Source: Octopus vulgaris (Eukaryota). From it: a stretch of DNA of 64,000 nt. Both the position numbers and the translations under genes were made by a program. The DNA lies in NCBI GenBank assembly GCA_951406725.2, contig OX597817.1:20522001-20586000 (forward strand), written 5' to 3'. Shown here piece by piece: positions 11,427-25,842 of the stretch (within the stretch, counting starts at the first letter, position 1; the number at the start of each line of letters is the position of its first letter). The notes beneath the pieces are model-generated. The model had not been told where the DNA came from. It made no database searches and saw only the letters and a program-made list of their open reading frames with translations.

Positions 11427-14400
11427 GGGAGTATAACTCCAAACTTAGAGGGAAAAATTCAATTTAGTATTAAATCAAATTTCACAACATAGATATGTAA
11501 AATATAAATTAGAGATAAAACCACTATTATGCAGTTCAAACCAAAACATAAATAACAGATAAAGTATATATCCAGAAACTAATGCATGATTTGCATATAT
11601 GCCAATACGTAAAAAGATTAGAAATCAGCAAATGAATATGTAAGCATTTAGCTAATATGTTTTTCGCTACTGTTACATGTTAGCATATAAGACAAAATTT
11701 GGTCAGAAAATTCTGTACCAGCGTATTTGTTAAATTATGTGCATTTGCATAACTGTTATCATTAAATTAAATTCATAGTCTACAAGACGATATTAAGACA
11801 TTATTATATTAATTCGCTAAAAAATTCCTTATTGCTTTATTGATAATTATAATTAATCCCTAACAATAATTTTGTTTTCTTTTCAACAATGATGACTTAA
11901 CTAGTTTATGATCGCAGCGAAAGAAAGTATTACCGAATGAATTAGTGCTCAGTGCTGTGTCTCTGTCGTTATCTTTCAACGTTAGTATTAATTGGTTCCT
12001 TGTATGAAATATATGAATTACCATTTAAATATATACACAATACAGAATTAAATTTGCGAAAAGAAAAGCGAACTATATTTTTTATAAAGGTATGATCTCA
12101 ACAAAAACTGATACAACATAAAGAATGCAAGATATCCACTCACGCACTCACACGCGCTCAAATACACGCTCATAGACACACACGCATATATGTAAGGAAA
12201 TATTCCATAAGTAGGTAGAGAATGAACAATACACTCATATTTTTTTTACTAATTTTCAAATATATGAAATATAGAAAATATAATGTAGAAATAAATTGAC
12301 ATTAAGCTAATGATAAACGAGATTTCTTTTGCAAAATTGTTTTCGAATAATGCTGACGTTACTTATTTCAAATAATTTTGAATTCTAATATTTTTATAAA
12401 CGCTATTGTAGTCTGAATATTCTAAATGATCTCTATTTATTGAAATACATACTGTTTTCTCTTGTTCAAACTAAATAATCTGAAAAATTAAGTAGCAATT
12501 TTATAAAAGTAATATTGATTTTTTAAAACATTAACATTAAGATATCGATTTCTTATCTTTTCGTAAAATTTAAATCTGTTTGTTTGGATGAAACAAAACT
12601 TGTTATCAGGGGAAATAGCTAAATTGTTAAGGGATTAGGTATTCCGAGGAAAAAAGGGTGTGAATAAAATCAAAAATATGCGATTGAAAATGTACACCAT
12701 ATTAAGATTTATATATATGTTACGACAATATACACAGTAGGTATACATAAATATTTGCATTAAGTCATGAGCAGAAACCCCAAAAGGAGAAAATCTCAGC
12801 CTTCAAATATGGCGAAAAGTTACTTAAGTTCATCGCTGTGTACTTCATTCAGTCAACAGAATATTGCTGGGTTTATTAATGTACATTGCATTGTGAAAGG
12901 GAACATTTTAAGCCTTATGGTATTTCCATGTAATTAAAATACCAAATTGCCAACATATCTTTATCTTCCACTATCACAAACGTTTACGAAAGCTCAACCA
13001 CAAACAGCACTAAATCCGAAGTCATTATCAACCTTTAGCCATATAAATTGATTTGTGCGCAGATATAATACATATACCTATATTTATGCTTGCATTCATG
13101 TTTTTATGAAATATGCATGTATCAATCTGTCTGTCTGACTGGTGATATATCTATCTATCTATCTATCTATCTATCAATCAGTCTACATATTTATCTATAT
13201 ATCTATCAATCTATCTATGTATCTGTCTATCTAATTATCTGTTTATCTAGCTATATCTATCTATCTAAATATTTGTGCACACACACACACACATACTTAC
13301 ATATATATGAAGTCCGTGAGCTTAACTGAAATGGAATTAAATCTAAATCGCTAACTGTGCATCTAATTTAATGTATATATAGTGCTGAAAGCAAAATCTT
13401 GTGGCTTTTGTTTCAGGGAAAAATCACTTCATTACAAACCGTATAGATGTCAGCAACACCGGTGAATGAATTACGCGCTGCTTACTCTCTGTCTAACCAC
13501 AATTTTCATGTTGGAAAGTGATATCTGTTGCACAATATTAACTTCCAAGCCAATACCACCAGGAATGCACGTATTATATTAAAGAAGGCCTTGGGAATAT
13601 CGAAATTAGCGAATTCATTGTGCAAAATATATTTTAGATGGAAGTCTAATCCAATTTTTACTTTCGATTGGATGTCTGAAGAGACTATATTTGGGTGCAA
13701 GGTATGCCATCTAATATTTTTTTCTTTTTAGCCACCTAATATTGAGACAAGTCCATGTCGGAAAAGATTATTACAGAAATAATTACATACATAGGTTCAA
13801 TCGTATCAAACTTATGAGTCTATTCAGCTTTCAGGAGCTCTACTGTGTAAACTTCGTCGAGAATACTGCAGAGTTGTTTAATCAAATAGCTTTCATACAA
13901 CAGAGGTCAGATGTATGTGTATCCAACAATTGAATCTGTTTTACTGCGGGATGAAATCTAAGATCTCAGATACATTGTATGACAAAGAAAAGGTTACATT
14001 GCTTGCCACAGCTAGGTTCATCCAAGTTCACTATCACTTACGGCCATGTCAATTTCAGTTGCCACTCTCTCTCTAACCTTTTATTTTTCTGATGTATACA
14101 TACATCCATATCTACATGCAGATATGTATAGGTAAAATCATCTGTCAGACTACATATATGGGGAGAATTCACAAATACAAAAAGCAAAAGACGAAGACAA
14201 GTGGTGTAGACAACAAACAGACGTATTAGTATAACGTTAATCTTTAAATCTTCAAAACTTGGTGTGGGCTTATGCTTCGCACCGACTTCAAGTTTGTTTG
14301 GTTCCCAACATATCACGTAGCTACGTTAGGCAAGTATCCAACCTATTTTACTTTTGTTCTTGTCATGGAAGTTAACCGTTGTGGCACAGTTTTAAACGGT

Positions 14401-16470
14401 TAGTGCCAGGCATATATACTCAAACACACAGAGATATGTCTTTCTGAAACAGTCATGCATAAACTTGATTTGGTATGCTGAGCATTTCACAGCGAAGTCC
14501 TCTTTGAGGTATGTCAGACCGGCTGATTTGGGGTTGTATGGGAGGTCATCAGAAAGAGTACTTCCTGAGGACGTCGTTGCCAACGTGTAGAATATTTTCA
14601 CTTTACTTTTCAGCTCTAAGTTAATTTATTCGTTTGTGCAGCTGTTGTTTATGAAGTGCTGTCTAAAAAAGACTACCCGACATTTGAAGGCTATCTACAC
14701 ATTGATCTCTTATATCTACCCCCTCATCTCTTCTTATGTATGTATGTATGTATGTATATGTATGTATGTATATGTGTGTATATATGTGTGTGTGAGTGTG
14801 CGCGCGCGAACATATTTATCCATGCCAGAGTACTACTTTTTATGTGTGTAGATGTATGTGGATACATGTGAATGTCCTGTTTCATAAGGCTACATAACAG
14901 TTTTACGTGTACAATTCCGTATACTAGATACATCCATTCGAAACTACTGAATATTCAACCTGCTCAATGTGTAACACTACTGCGATTGAGGATTTTAACT
15001 ACGCACCTGTTATGTATATAAAGAAATGAAATCACGAAGATATATTAGAAACAAATTTAGAAGACTATAAAATAAAAGCGAATTCTTTCTCAATATAGTG
15101 TGATGATTGGATCACCGAATATGCATTAAATACAACTCTATAATTTTATCAATAAATCACTTTATATTTTGACATCACATATTATCAGGAGAATTTTAAA
15201 TGATATACTTGTTTATGAATAATTACTTAATTTCAATATTTAGATATTTATCAGGAGAGAAACGAAAAATAATGACAGATTGTGTATGGAAACCAACTTA
15301 GTACCTCTTACGAATTATTCAAATATAAACTGTTTTTGTATTTGTGCAAAACTAATAATAAGATCAATTCGTGTTTCATTAATAATTACTTGAATATATT
15401 ATTAGTTGTTGGTTTAAGTAATTTGTATATTTTCGCATATTTAAAAACTATATCTATTATGTTTCAGTGTATACTCGTGATGTAAATTTTCTAAATATTT
15501 CTCATATATTCGTATTTTCCTATATGCCATTTTAACGTCCACTTTTGTATTTGTATATGAGTTTGTGTTTGTGTATATTCTGTCGCTAAAATACAAGCAA
15601 CATACATGATACAAAGAATTTCCATTGAAAACTATGGAAGAAGTGAAAAAGTATATATATATATTAAATTGCTGAATAGAAAATTTATTGCTGTAATATT
15701 ATTTTATTTTTACGTTTATAATGTTTAGCTTATATTCAAGTATAAAAGAATAAATTTCATATCGTAGCATTTTTGTCATTTCCTTCCATTTAAAAACATC
15801 ATGAATAATGTGTTCTTTAATAACATAATAAAGAATACATTGCTCTAAAGATAATATTGATCTTAAATCCATTACTGATACAAACACACACTCACATACA
15901 CACAGATAAACGCACATAGACACACACATGCTTGAAGTATTATCTATACGCGCGCTCCACAACACTTATATATTGATGTATATATATATATTAGTATGTG
16001 AATAGGTAGAGTGGGAAACACAGGAAGAGAGAGAGAGAGAGAAACAGAAAGCAGATATCTTAACAATTATATATAGAGAAATAGATAGATAGATAGATAG
16101 ATAGATACATAAATACATAGATGAAAGTACATACACAAACAAACAGACAAACACACACACACGGACACGCACCAATAAGCATACACACACATACACACAC
16201 GCGCACACACACACACACACGCACACACACATATACATATATATCGCCAGTGAATTTGGGGTGTTTTCAGGGAAGCAAACAACCCGTATATTGGGCTATC
16301 AACACTATCGGGATCTAAGCCAAAGCCGGGATGCTTCTGATGTAGAAAGTCCGAATTTCATGATGGTTATAACGTCATGAAGACAAAGAAATTACTTTAA
16401 CACACCTTTAATTATAAGTTACTAATATGTCCATGCCACCTCCATCTGCAACGTTTGGCACAGTCACATC

Positions 16471-16702
16471 TGTTTCTTTACTAACCACAAGGAGCTAAAC
16501 ACAGAGGTGACAAACAAGGACAGACAAACGGATTAAGTCGATAACATCGACCCCAGTGCATAACTGGTACTTATTTAATCAACCCCGAAAGGATGAAAGG
16601 CAAAGTCGACCTCGGCGGAATTTGAACTCACGACGTAACGGCAGACGAAATACGGCTACGCATTTCGCCCTACGTGCTGACGTTTCTGCCAGCTCTCTGC
16701 CA
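16471..16702 (-). mobile_element. SINE family B, monomer
   Basis: High similarity to 3177-3400. Confidence 0.9.
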
Positions 16703-16704
16703 GT

Positions 16705-17052
16705 TATATCATTGAGGTGGCATGATTATTTTTCTCTGAAGTCTTTCAATATGATGTCTGGCCTATTTACTTATATCTTGCTGTCTATTTGAATGGTGAA
16801 GTTTCAGAAGAGTGAGATATGATCATTGTCAAGCACTGGGGGTGATTTGCGTTCCCACAATTTTTATAATGGGGGCAAGTCCAGGTTTTTGCAAATTACT
16901 CGGTGAATATATTGTACAGCTCTATCATGCCTACTGAGATGATCTGTAGGTGCAAGAAACCTGCACATAGAGGCAACATGGTCATTTTCTGGTTGACAAT
17001 CACAACATATCGGGGAGCTGCCGTTATTTAATATCTTGGCATGGTTTCTCAT
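16705..17052 (-). pseudogene. RLE-type LINE (R4/Dong-like) C-terminal remnant
   Basis: C..C..ENDHVASMC..LA....SRHDRAVQYIH..IC zinc-knuckle/RHD motif, then a decayed PPVLDNDHISL..NFTIQ segment of the restriction-like endonuclease. Confidence 0.75.
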
Positions 17053-17614
17053 TCGTGTACGTGGACTTTCGTAATCCGGTCGATAACCATTCCCGTTTGT
17101 ATTTTGCTTTGTTAACAGTGATGCATGACGAGCTTCAACATTGACATTAGGGGACGGATCTCTCTATGTAGTGTTCTCTGCTTGTAAACATTGTTTGTAA
17201 CGTAGCTTCTTAAGGCTAACAGATCTATATCGATTACGTTGTCCTTTGTGATCTGTTCTACGACTAATCTGGTTTATAATTTGCTTTATTATCATTGCGG
17301 CATGACGAGCGTCGACGTTGACTTCAGGGGATGGATGTGTGTGTTTAGGGTCAATTTTTGAGCTAATACCGTCACCGAGTTCTCTGTATATAAACATTGC
17401 TCGTACCGTAGATTCTTAAGACTAACTGATCTGTGTTCGTACGTAATCATTTTTTTGTTGATAGGTTTATCTCCGAGCATTATTTTTTGTGGTGTTTTTA
17501 AATATGCCCTTGGCATATAGCTTCAACCGTGTTTTCTGACGTGCATTTGCTACCCAGGTATCGGTAAACCAAATTATCCATACTAGGATAATTCATTCAC
17601 CTTCTTATATGTAT

Positions 17615-17904
17615 ATATATATATAGTTATTTATTTCTATTTGTTTATGTATCTGTGTATTTATTATGTTTTCAGGATCATCTATCGTCATATGTTGTGG
17701 TGTGTGCTAGCGCTCCATTCTAGTTTTCTATTCAGGCTAGGTTTATTTTCTATTATGTGTGTAGCTTCTGTAATTTGTCTAATTGTTGCATCTGTTCTAT
17801 GTGTGGACAATATTTTAATTTATATGTTAAAATATAATGGATCCTGAAAACATAATAAATACACAGATAAATAAACAAATAGAAATAAATAACTATATAT
17901 ATAT
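17615..17904. repeat. Inverted repeat: 65-bp arms, ~160-bp spacer
   Basis: 17615-17679 is the reverse complement of 17840-17904 with 1 mismatch. Confidence 0.92.
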
Positions 17905-18441
17905 TTTTTTTCGATTCGATTTATTATTGTTATTACTAGTATTGTTGTTATACATACATACAAGCATATGTAATGATAATAATAAGTGGATGTAAACATA
18001 TGAACAAAATAAGAATAAACAAAAACAAACAACAACAAAAACAAAATACAAATTACATGAACGTATATAAACAGAAGATACAAATATTACAGGCATCCCC
18101 CCACATACACACACTAAATTAACATAGACGCACATAGAGATATAAGCATGCGCAAATGAAAACATACAATAAAATACAAAATGGCTGACGGTTAGTAAGG
18201 AGAGACACAAATAAGAAAGAAGAAAACAAAGGACCACTGATGCGGTCACAGGAGTGTGACGAAAGAACTCTGGCCGAAATAAGATTAAGATTAATGTAGA
18301 AAATAAATAACACTGAAGCAAAATAACACAAAATATATAGTGCGTGTGTTTTTCTTGGCTAAACTGGCAATATGACCATTCCGAAATATAACAATATCTG
18401 TTTCAACACACGACTTCACATAAAAAATTGTTGCACAACAA

Positions 18442-18497
<56 letters not shown>

Positions 18498-18512
18498 GTG
18501 TGTGTGTGTGTG

Positions 18513-18553
<41 letters not shown>

Positions 18554-18593
18554 GGAGAAATATAAATATTTTTTTTATTTATATGCATGTATG

Positions 18594-18652
<59 letters not shown>

Positions 18653-18837
18653 TAATATAGGGTGAAATTAATTACTTTGGAATAATCATTAATTTCACCA
18701 AGTAGATTTCGGCATTTCATTCACCCTTTGAATTTGGTGGTACTGGTAATGGCTTACGCTCGCTCTGATACCATGAGTTGAGGTGATGTCTTCTCGTGCC
18801 TCAAAATTTAATACACAATTATTTATAACTAAAGAGT

Positions 18838-18928
18838 CCTACGCTGAAGAGAAAAATAGTTGGGTAAGACATAATTATTTAATTTTTATGCTTTCCTATG
18901 ACATAATTTCGAAACGTACGTCCGTAGG
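18838..18928 (+). ncRNA. Type I hammerhead ribozyme, minimal Penelope-type
   Basis: cctacg-CTGAAGA-gaaa...tttc-GAAA-cgtacg-TC-cgtagg: perfect 6-bp stem I, intact core, GUC cleavage triplet, palindromic stem III. Confidence 0.8.
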
Positions 18929-19274
18929 TGACTTAATATAGAATGATTGTCGTCATTTCTTTCTCATTTGCCTGCGTTGTTTGCCTTTTAAGTGCTGTGG
19001 TTATACTGGGATCTCCCTTTTAAGTAGAAAGAATAGCCATAACTCTTTGAATGCTATTTCTAAATTCGGTGTGTGGTGAGGCAAATCGTTGCTAAACCCA
19101 TAAGTACTTATATATATATATATATATATATATGTATGCAGACATACACACAGAGATATATGCGTGTATATATATCTATATATCTATATCTCTCTATATC
19201 TATATATATCTATATATATCTATATATGTATGTATATATATATATATGGAGGGGATATGTGTGTGTGTGTGTGC

Positions 19275-20185
19275 GTAGGTGTAAAAAGTGCGTTCAAATG
19301 CAACTGTATTTTTTGCCGGCAAATCTAATGTAGTGCGGGCAAAATTCTCAAGGTAGATAGTGATGACACACCTCCTGCGCATGCGTCAAAAGTCTTGCTT
19401 TGTTAGGCCGCTCCGCCTCCTGGTTGTTCTCTCTGTTACTGACGTGTACTCTCACTCATCGGATTTTCCTTTACATTCATGGTGACTGAACAGTGATATG
19501 GCATCGAATTTTGGTGATACCGAAGCGGAAACTATTAAGAAAATTCAGCAGGTAGTTGGCTATGGTCCCAAGGGCAAAGCTCTGATGAAGTAGTGGTATA
19601 ACCGCTTCGGACATGTTCAGTTGTCAATGGAAAGTGGGGCATACTTGGGTAGGTGAGCCACAAGCCAAATATGAAGAGCCTATTGAGAAAGTTTGACGAA
19701 TAGTCATCTAAGAGTGTCATGTAATAGAGTAGGGAATTACTCTCGTAGTGAGAAGAAGCTCAGCATCAGTGGTTCTATCTTAACGCAGGAATCGTGCAAA
19801 TAGGGAGTATCAGTGAAAAATAACATCCGATACTTGTTTAACGCACGTAGCAATCTCAGATTTGGTGGTCGAGAACAACGCACTATTTGTTCGGCAGTTC
19901 CTCTGCTCTCCCGACTTAGTTCTGTGTGTCTCCTGGCTCTTCCTCAAACAGAAAACAACGCTGAAAGGGAGGCAGTTTTAACGGGAAGAAGAAATTATGA
20001 GAAATGCATACTAATCCAGAGGCATTCCAGTTGTGTTACCAGCCGCAGCCGAAATTCTGGGAGTAGTGTGTGAACCACCAAAGGAAGTAATTTGAAGGAG
20101 ATTAATCTCATTTAAATGAAATTTGTTAAACGCACAAACATGTTTTTATGCCCTGAGATTCGAACCTTTTTGAATCCACCTTGTA
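19275..20185 (+). mobile_element. Internally deleted mariner (irritans-like) remnant
   Basis: Peptides GDTEAETIKKIQQVVG..WYNRF and PDLVLCVSWLFLKQKTTLKGRQF; 3' TIR-like cgaacctttttgaatccaccttgTA. Confidence 0.75.
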
Positions 20186-21279
20186 TATATATGTATATGC
20201 GAAGTTGCTTTGGTGTTTAAAAATGAACCTGAATCTGAAAAAAGTGGTTTTAAATAGATTTATTCGACAATTTTTGATTATCATCAACAGAACAGATATT
20301 TATAAACTAAACTGGGATGTTGGATAGTTTAAAGTTACAATGTAAAAATTGGTTTAATCCATTGAGTGTTCAAAATTTTCGGAGAAATTTGAAATGAGTT
20401 TCACAGGGATAGATAGTAATATCAATGTAAATGTTCAGCATAGATCACAACCAATATATCTTACTGAAAGTTATACTCATATTGAATTTATATAAAATAT
20501 ATGAAGAAGAGAAAAAAGAAAAGAGAAAGAAAAATGTTTCTCTTACAATTTCTGTCGTGGTGTCTAGTTCTTTTTTATCTATTTTAGTCTTAGTGCACTG
20601 GCCTCTTCAGCTTTCACAATATGGAATCGGATTCCAACAAGCATTTTCAAACCTTAAAACGTATTTATTTTTCCCTGCGTGGGAATAACCTTCTTTCCAT
20701 ATTTATGTATACATGAAGTAAACGTTTCATTAATAAAGGTAATGAATGTATAAGTGTCGCCTTGTCTACAGTTTAATTGTCTACAGTTTAATCTATTCTA
20801 TTAAAAATAGATCGCATTTCCATTCTGCGTGAATTTAATGAGTTTTCATAGAATACTAAATGTCACAAATCTCGATTCAAATTCAACGATTCTAGACTTC
20901 GATTTCACCGTTTCGCCATGATCAAGAGTTTTGTGGCTTCTACAGATTATGATAGGTCACTATAAAAAGTGGGGACATTATGACTATATATTACATTTGG
21001 TTGTATCTTTTATAGAACATCAGTCAGCTGATAAGAGGATATAAGTGCAAGACACTAAACAAATCGAAAAGTGTATAAAATAATTCCATTTGAAAATAGA
21101 TTCAACATATATAACATGTATTTCATATGCACTAATATAAATGGATATAAATATATATTATTTCTATCTATTTATTTATCTATCTATCTACCTATATATG
21201 TGTGTGTATGTGTGTATATATATGTATATATACACGTATATATATATATATGTATATATACATATATATATATGTATAT

Positions 21280-21327
<48 letters not shown>

Positions 21328-21350
21328 GTATATATATGTACATATATGTA

Positions 21351-21425
<75 letters not shown>

Positions 21426-24019
21426 ATTAAAATCTAGAGACAAAGAAGTGAGAGTGAGACATTCAACATTGCCAGTGGGAAGCTTGTTTGCATTTGAAAT
21501 CACACGCAAATAAATGAAGAACTAGTAAACAAATATCACTCACAAATCCTCAAATAGAAACACGTAAATATTCCATTTAAACCTATGCATATAAACAGAT
21601 GAAATGTGTAATGATAATAGAGAAAAGAGAGATATAATCAAACATATACTCGCATGAACATATTTCTAATGTACTCCAAGGCATACATAAAAATAAATAC
21701 AAGTTTCCTCTCAAAGACACATCCTCGCACATAGCTATACACGCAGACACTCAAACATCCACGTGAGCCTGCATGGACATATACGCATCAATGTGTGTCT
21801 CCATTTGTGTGGGTAGAGCCAGACACATATCATACGCACCCTTACAATTACAAATACATCTCCTCAAACAGTCATGGCATTTAAATATCTCTTACTAACA
21901 GCATATTGATTATCTGTCTTGACTATTCTCCTGAGGTTTATTTTAATTGTGATAGGTAAGCTTCGTTAGCCACGCAATTTAATCCAGCCCATTCTCTTAT
22001 TCATTAATTGAACACTCTTCTTCATGTGTCAAGAAAAAAATATTTTCTCGCCTGTCACTCGCTAAAACATTTCACTGAAAAAGAAACCATATCTTTGTTT
22101 TTTTATATATATATTCTTATATCTATTTTGTCTGTTATTTCATTCCTTCTGGAACGTCAATTTTCGACCCTTTGCTAATTTTCCCAGTACTCTTCGTTCT
22201 CTGCGAATCTTCATCGAATATTTATTTCCTTCACAAATTTAACCAAATACAAGTTGGATATTATCACTGCATTTGAAATAATTCCTTATGTGCTTATTCT
22301 TTTGTGAATGTACCATTTTATTCTTTCTTTGATTCTGAAATTCCATTTCGCATTCTCAATAGTTCCCTTCCCTTTTTTTTAGCCCTTCATCTCTTCTTGG
22401 CTGTGTCTTGTTTTCTTCCTTTTTAATTTTAATCTATCTCCTTTCGTTCCATTGTTTATTAGAACATCACTTTTGTTACTAGCTTAATGTTTACTATTTG
22501 TTCCTCCCCGCTACTTTTATATTAATTAAATGTATAGAATTTAGCAAAAACAAAAATGTGTATAACAATGAACAGTACTGATTAATATGACGATTCGCAA
22601 AATTTATACTCAATATATCAATTTCATATTTTACACGATTCCTTTAATTTACTGTCTGTATGTATACACAAACATACACATCCACACATTTCTACACACA
22701 CACACACTTATACAATCATATCTTGGAAGTCCTACAAAACTTAACACACCGAAATTATATACGAAAAAGACAATGCATAAATCGATTGATTATGTACACT
22801 ACATACAATAGGATAAACAGCACGTGATAAGCCAACTAATTAGATTTCTGTTGGGGTACAACTCATTTAGCTGCTTCATTTTTTTCTATCAGTTTATTAG
22901 CTTGCCTTGATGGAAGATGCTGCTACTCTGGTCTTCATAGACTCTTCGCAGCTGGTAATATTCATCCATTAGACTACAATTAAATTATTGTAACTGGACA
23001 TGTCCAGGGAGTAAATACTAAAGAGCCAAACTTCTGAAAAAATACTAATCCTATTATTTTCGTATTGGTTTGTACGATGTTTTGTGGTATTGGTCATTGT
23101 AGATGAGGGCATTCAGTGAGCGGACAAAATATGTAGGCTGAGGTTGCCTCCCGCGTATTAGACACAAGGTCACCCAACTCCACTGAGTGGAAGCCAGCCT
23201 AGTTATAACAGCTGAGACATATAGTGGTGACACAATTTTGTTAGCCATTGGTTGAAATGAGTTTCTGTAAGACTCAGTACCACTCATTCGAGTGAGATCT
23301 CTTCAGATGATATTGTAATGCTGTATGCGGAAGCTTCACCAATCTATGCATATGAATGGTACAATATCGTGGGTCTCTCATTAGTTTTCTTAAGGTTGAT
23401 TGGAATGACAGTCTATTATGGAAAAAATAGCATAAAGTCTGTGTTAAAACATTTGCGTTTTTCATAATATACGTTGGGCTGGGGCAAGTGAGAATATCTT
23501 TGAGTGCTGCTCAAAATAATATACGATCCGTAACGGCAAATGAATATTTCAAGTTTAAATTACGTTCTGAAGAAGAGATGGCGGAAATATAAACGTTTTG
23601 AATATGGTGCCTTTGTGGAGAACAGGAAGGAAATATACTTAATTTTCTCAGAAAGCAGACTGAAATTTTCTTTTGAAGTGAAAAATATAAAGTTGGAATG
23701 TACTATGTGAGAAAAATAGATAATTAAAGGTTTCAGAAAGCCCGGCGTGTGTATATGTGTACCGGACAATCAAGGGAGTTATGAACTACCAGGAACTAAA
23801 CCCTCATTAATTTATTACAAAAAATATTTACATATAATTCATTTGTTAATAGAGAAATACAATACTACTGAGAAATTTATCACAAAGAAAATTTCCTAGA
23901 CATCTGTTGATCATTGCCTAATAGTGCTACGTTAGCTGTATTAATTATAAGGAATTATGTTATCACACACATATTAATGACCAAGCAACTGTTCATTAAA
24001 TAGAAGTGTCGCAGCATCC

Positions 24020-24065
24020 ACGGGGTTACTCGTGATGCTAGAAATATCAGTGAAATATCCGTTAA
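24020..24065 (+). mobile_element. Old interspersed repeat (gctagaaatarcagccaaat motif); related pieces near 37530-37570 (+), 47288-47335 (-), 59168-59200 (+)
   Basis: Shared degenerate motif at four positions. Confidence 0.5.
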
Positions 24066-24607
24066 CAGAAGCCTATGTATACTTTGTTTAGAAAGTTACT
24101 ATAAATGGATTATGATACTATATCATAATTCCTGGTTTTAGAGTACAAGTACTGCGTTAATCTATATCTTACAAATACATAAGGAGTGTGTTTAAGTGGA
24201 TGTATGTATACGCTTATGTGCATACAGACTTATATAAATGACTTTATTCTAATTCTATTAACATTTCACAAATGAAGTCAATTGTTACTTTTCATTCGAT
24301 GCACTCAAATCATAGATAGCATTTAAATTACAGGAATGATGTTTGAAAAGAACTTGATATAGTTACAATGAATCTTCTTTAATAATGTACCGTATTTTTT
24401 ATTTATCAATGTATTAATTTTAAACGAGAAAATGCTTATTTTACCACAGAAATAAGTAAAATCTAAAGAAATTATAAATACCTATTGGCTGCAGAAATCC
24501 AGGATATAGAGAAAAGTCCGCAATATAAATTTACATATGCATACATATATTAATCAGAAAAACCTTTGATGTACTGACTGCTCAACAGGTGAACCGCGAT
24601 ATGGCGA

Positions 24608-24727
<120 letters not shown>

Positions 24728-25201
24728 GTCCTCAGCCTTCCACCCTCCTTGGTCCCCTCTCTCTCTGTCTCTCTTTCTCTCTCTCTTACCCTCTTGCGAC
24801 TTGCTGCCTCAGCCATTCCGTTGCCGATGACCGCTTGTTCAAGACGTATCCCCTTCACCGAAAAGGCAATTGTTTTTCCACGCTTGCTGATAAATTGTTT
24901 TTGTGTCTCATTTTGTCTCAAAGCCGTAGGGCGCCTGTGTCATCCTTGTTTTTAACCGTTACTGTCTTCAAAAAGGTTTTTTCGTTTCATGTTCATCTCT
25001 GTTGCGTTTACATTCTTTCCTTCTGGGGCTGGCCGATTCAGAGCAGATCTCAGAATTAAACAGCCAAAATTTGCAATGATGAATCGGTTTCTGACTGAAG
25101 AATGAAGGCTTTGAATGACCCGTCTGTTTTTTATGTTCGTCCCTTCGTGTATTTCACGTTATTTATATTTATATATGTAAAGTTTTATTATATATGCAGG
25201 T

Positions 25202-25265
<64 letters not shown>

Positions 25266-25842
25266 TAATCCGTACATATATGTGTGTGTATGGGTGTGTG
25301 TGTACGTGTGTGTGTGTGCACACACGCGGTCGCATGTGAATTTAGAGGGATATATTATCTGGGTTGATACCGTGCTAGCTCTCAGTTATATTCCTGGTTA
25401 CGGCTAACCTCATCGATTAGTATTTAACGTCTTTGTCTTTTAGGAGTTGTTACTCACGCTGTAAATTCCTCCGATGTATATTTCCGTGTTCGTTTCAGTG
25501 GACGATAATAATATCGGGAGTGTAGATGTAGAATAATAACGATAGAGAGTATGGTGGTTAGTATATACTCAACATTTTTATTCCCATTATTTTACAATGC
25601 CATACAGAACCTCGAATTCAATTTATATCAAATGTATTTCAAAACTTTTGAATGCGTAATCACTACGCATGCAGGTTTCGCAAAATAATCGAGGCAATAC
25701 CATATCGGATGCCCATCATGGTTTTTAAAGAAAAAACACTACGAGGGAATCTGAAACACATATGTTATAAAAATTAAATACATGAAGACGCGAAAATTAC
25801 TATTTTCTAATCCCACAACGTGAGCTATTCAGCAACAGTACT

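Noticed and set aside
14470-14560. Minus-strand CTGATGA...GAAA-tgctcagca-TA hammerhead candidate
   Set aside because: No stem I complementarity, and stem II does not close next to GAAA
14392-14601. ORF MKIFYTLATTSSGSTLSDDLPYNP as a possible host exon
   Set aside because: No recognisable domain or convincing splice context; needs BLASTx/RNA-seq
22850-23500. Possible Tc1-like transposase remnant on the minus strand
   Set aside because: Only vague motif resemblance; too decayed to call
23562-23597. acgtt-CTGAAGA...GAAA-tata-aacgt hammerhead candidate
   Set aside because: No stem II or stem III; likely chance
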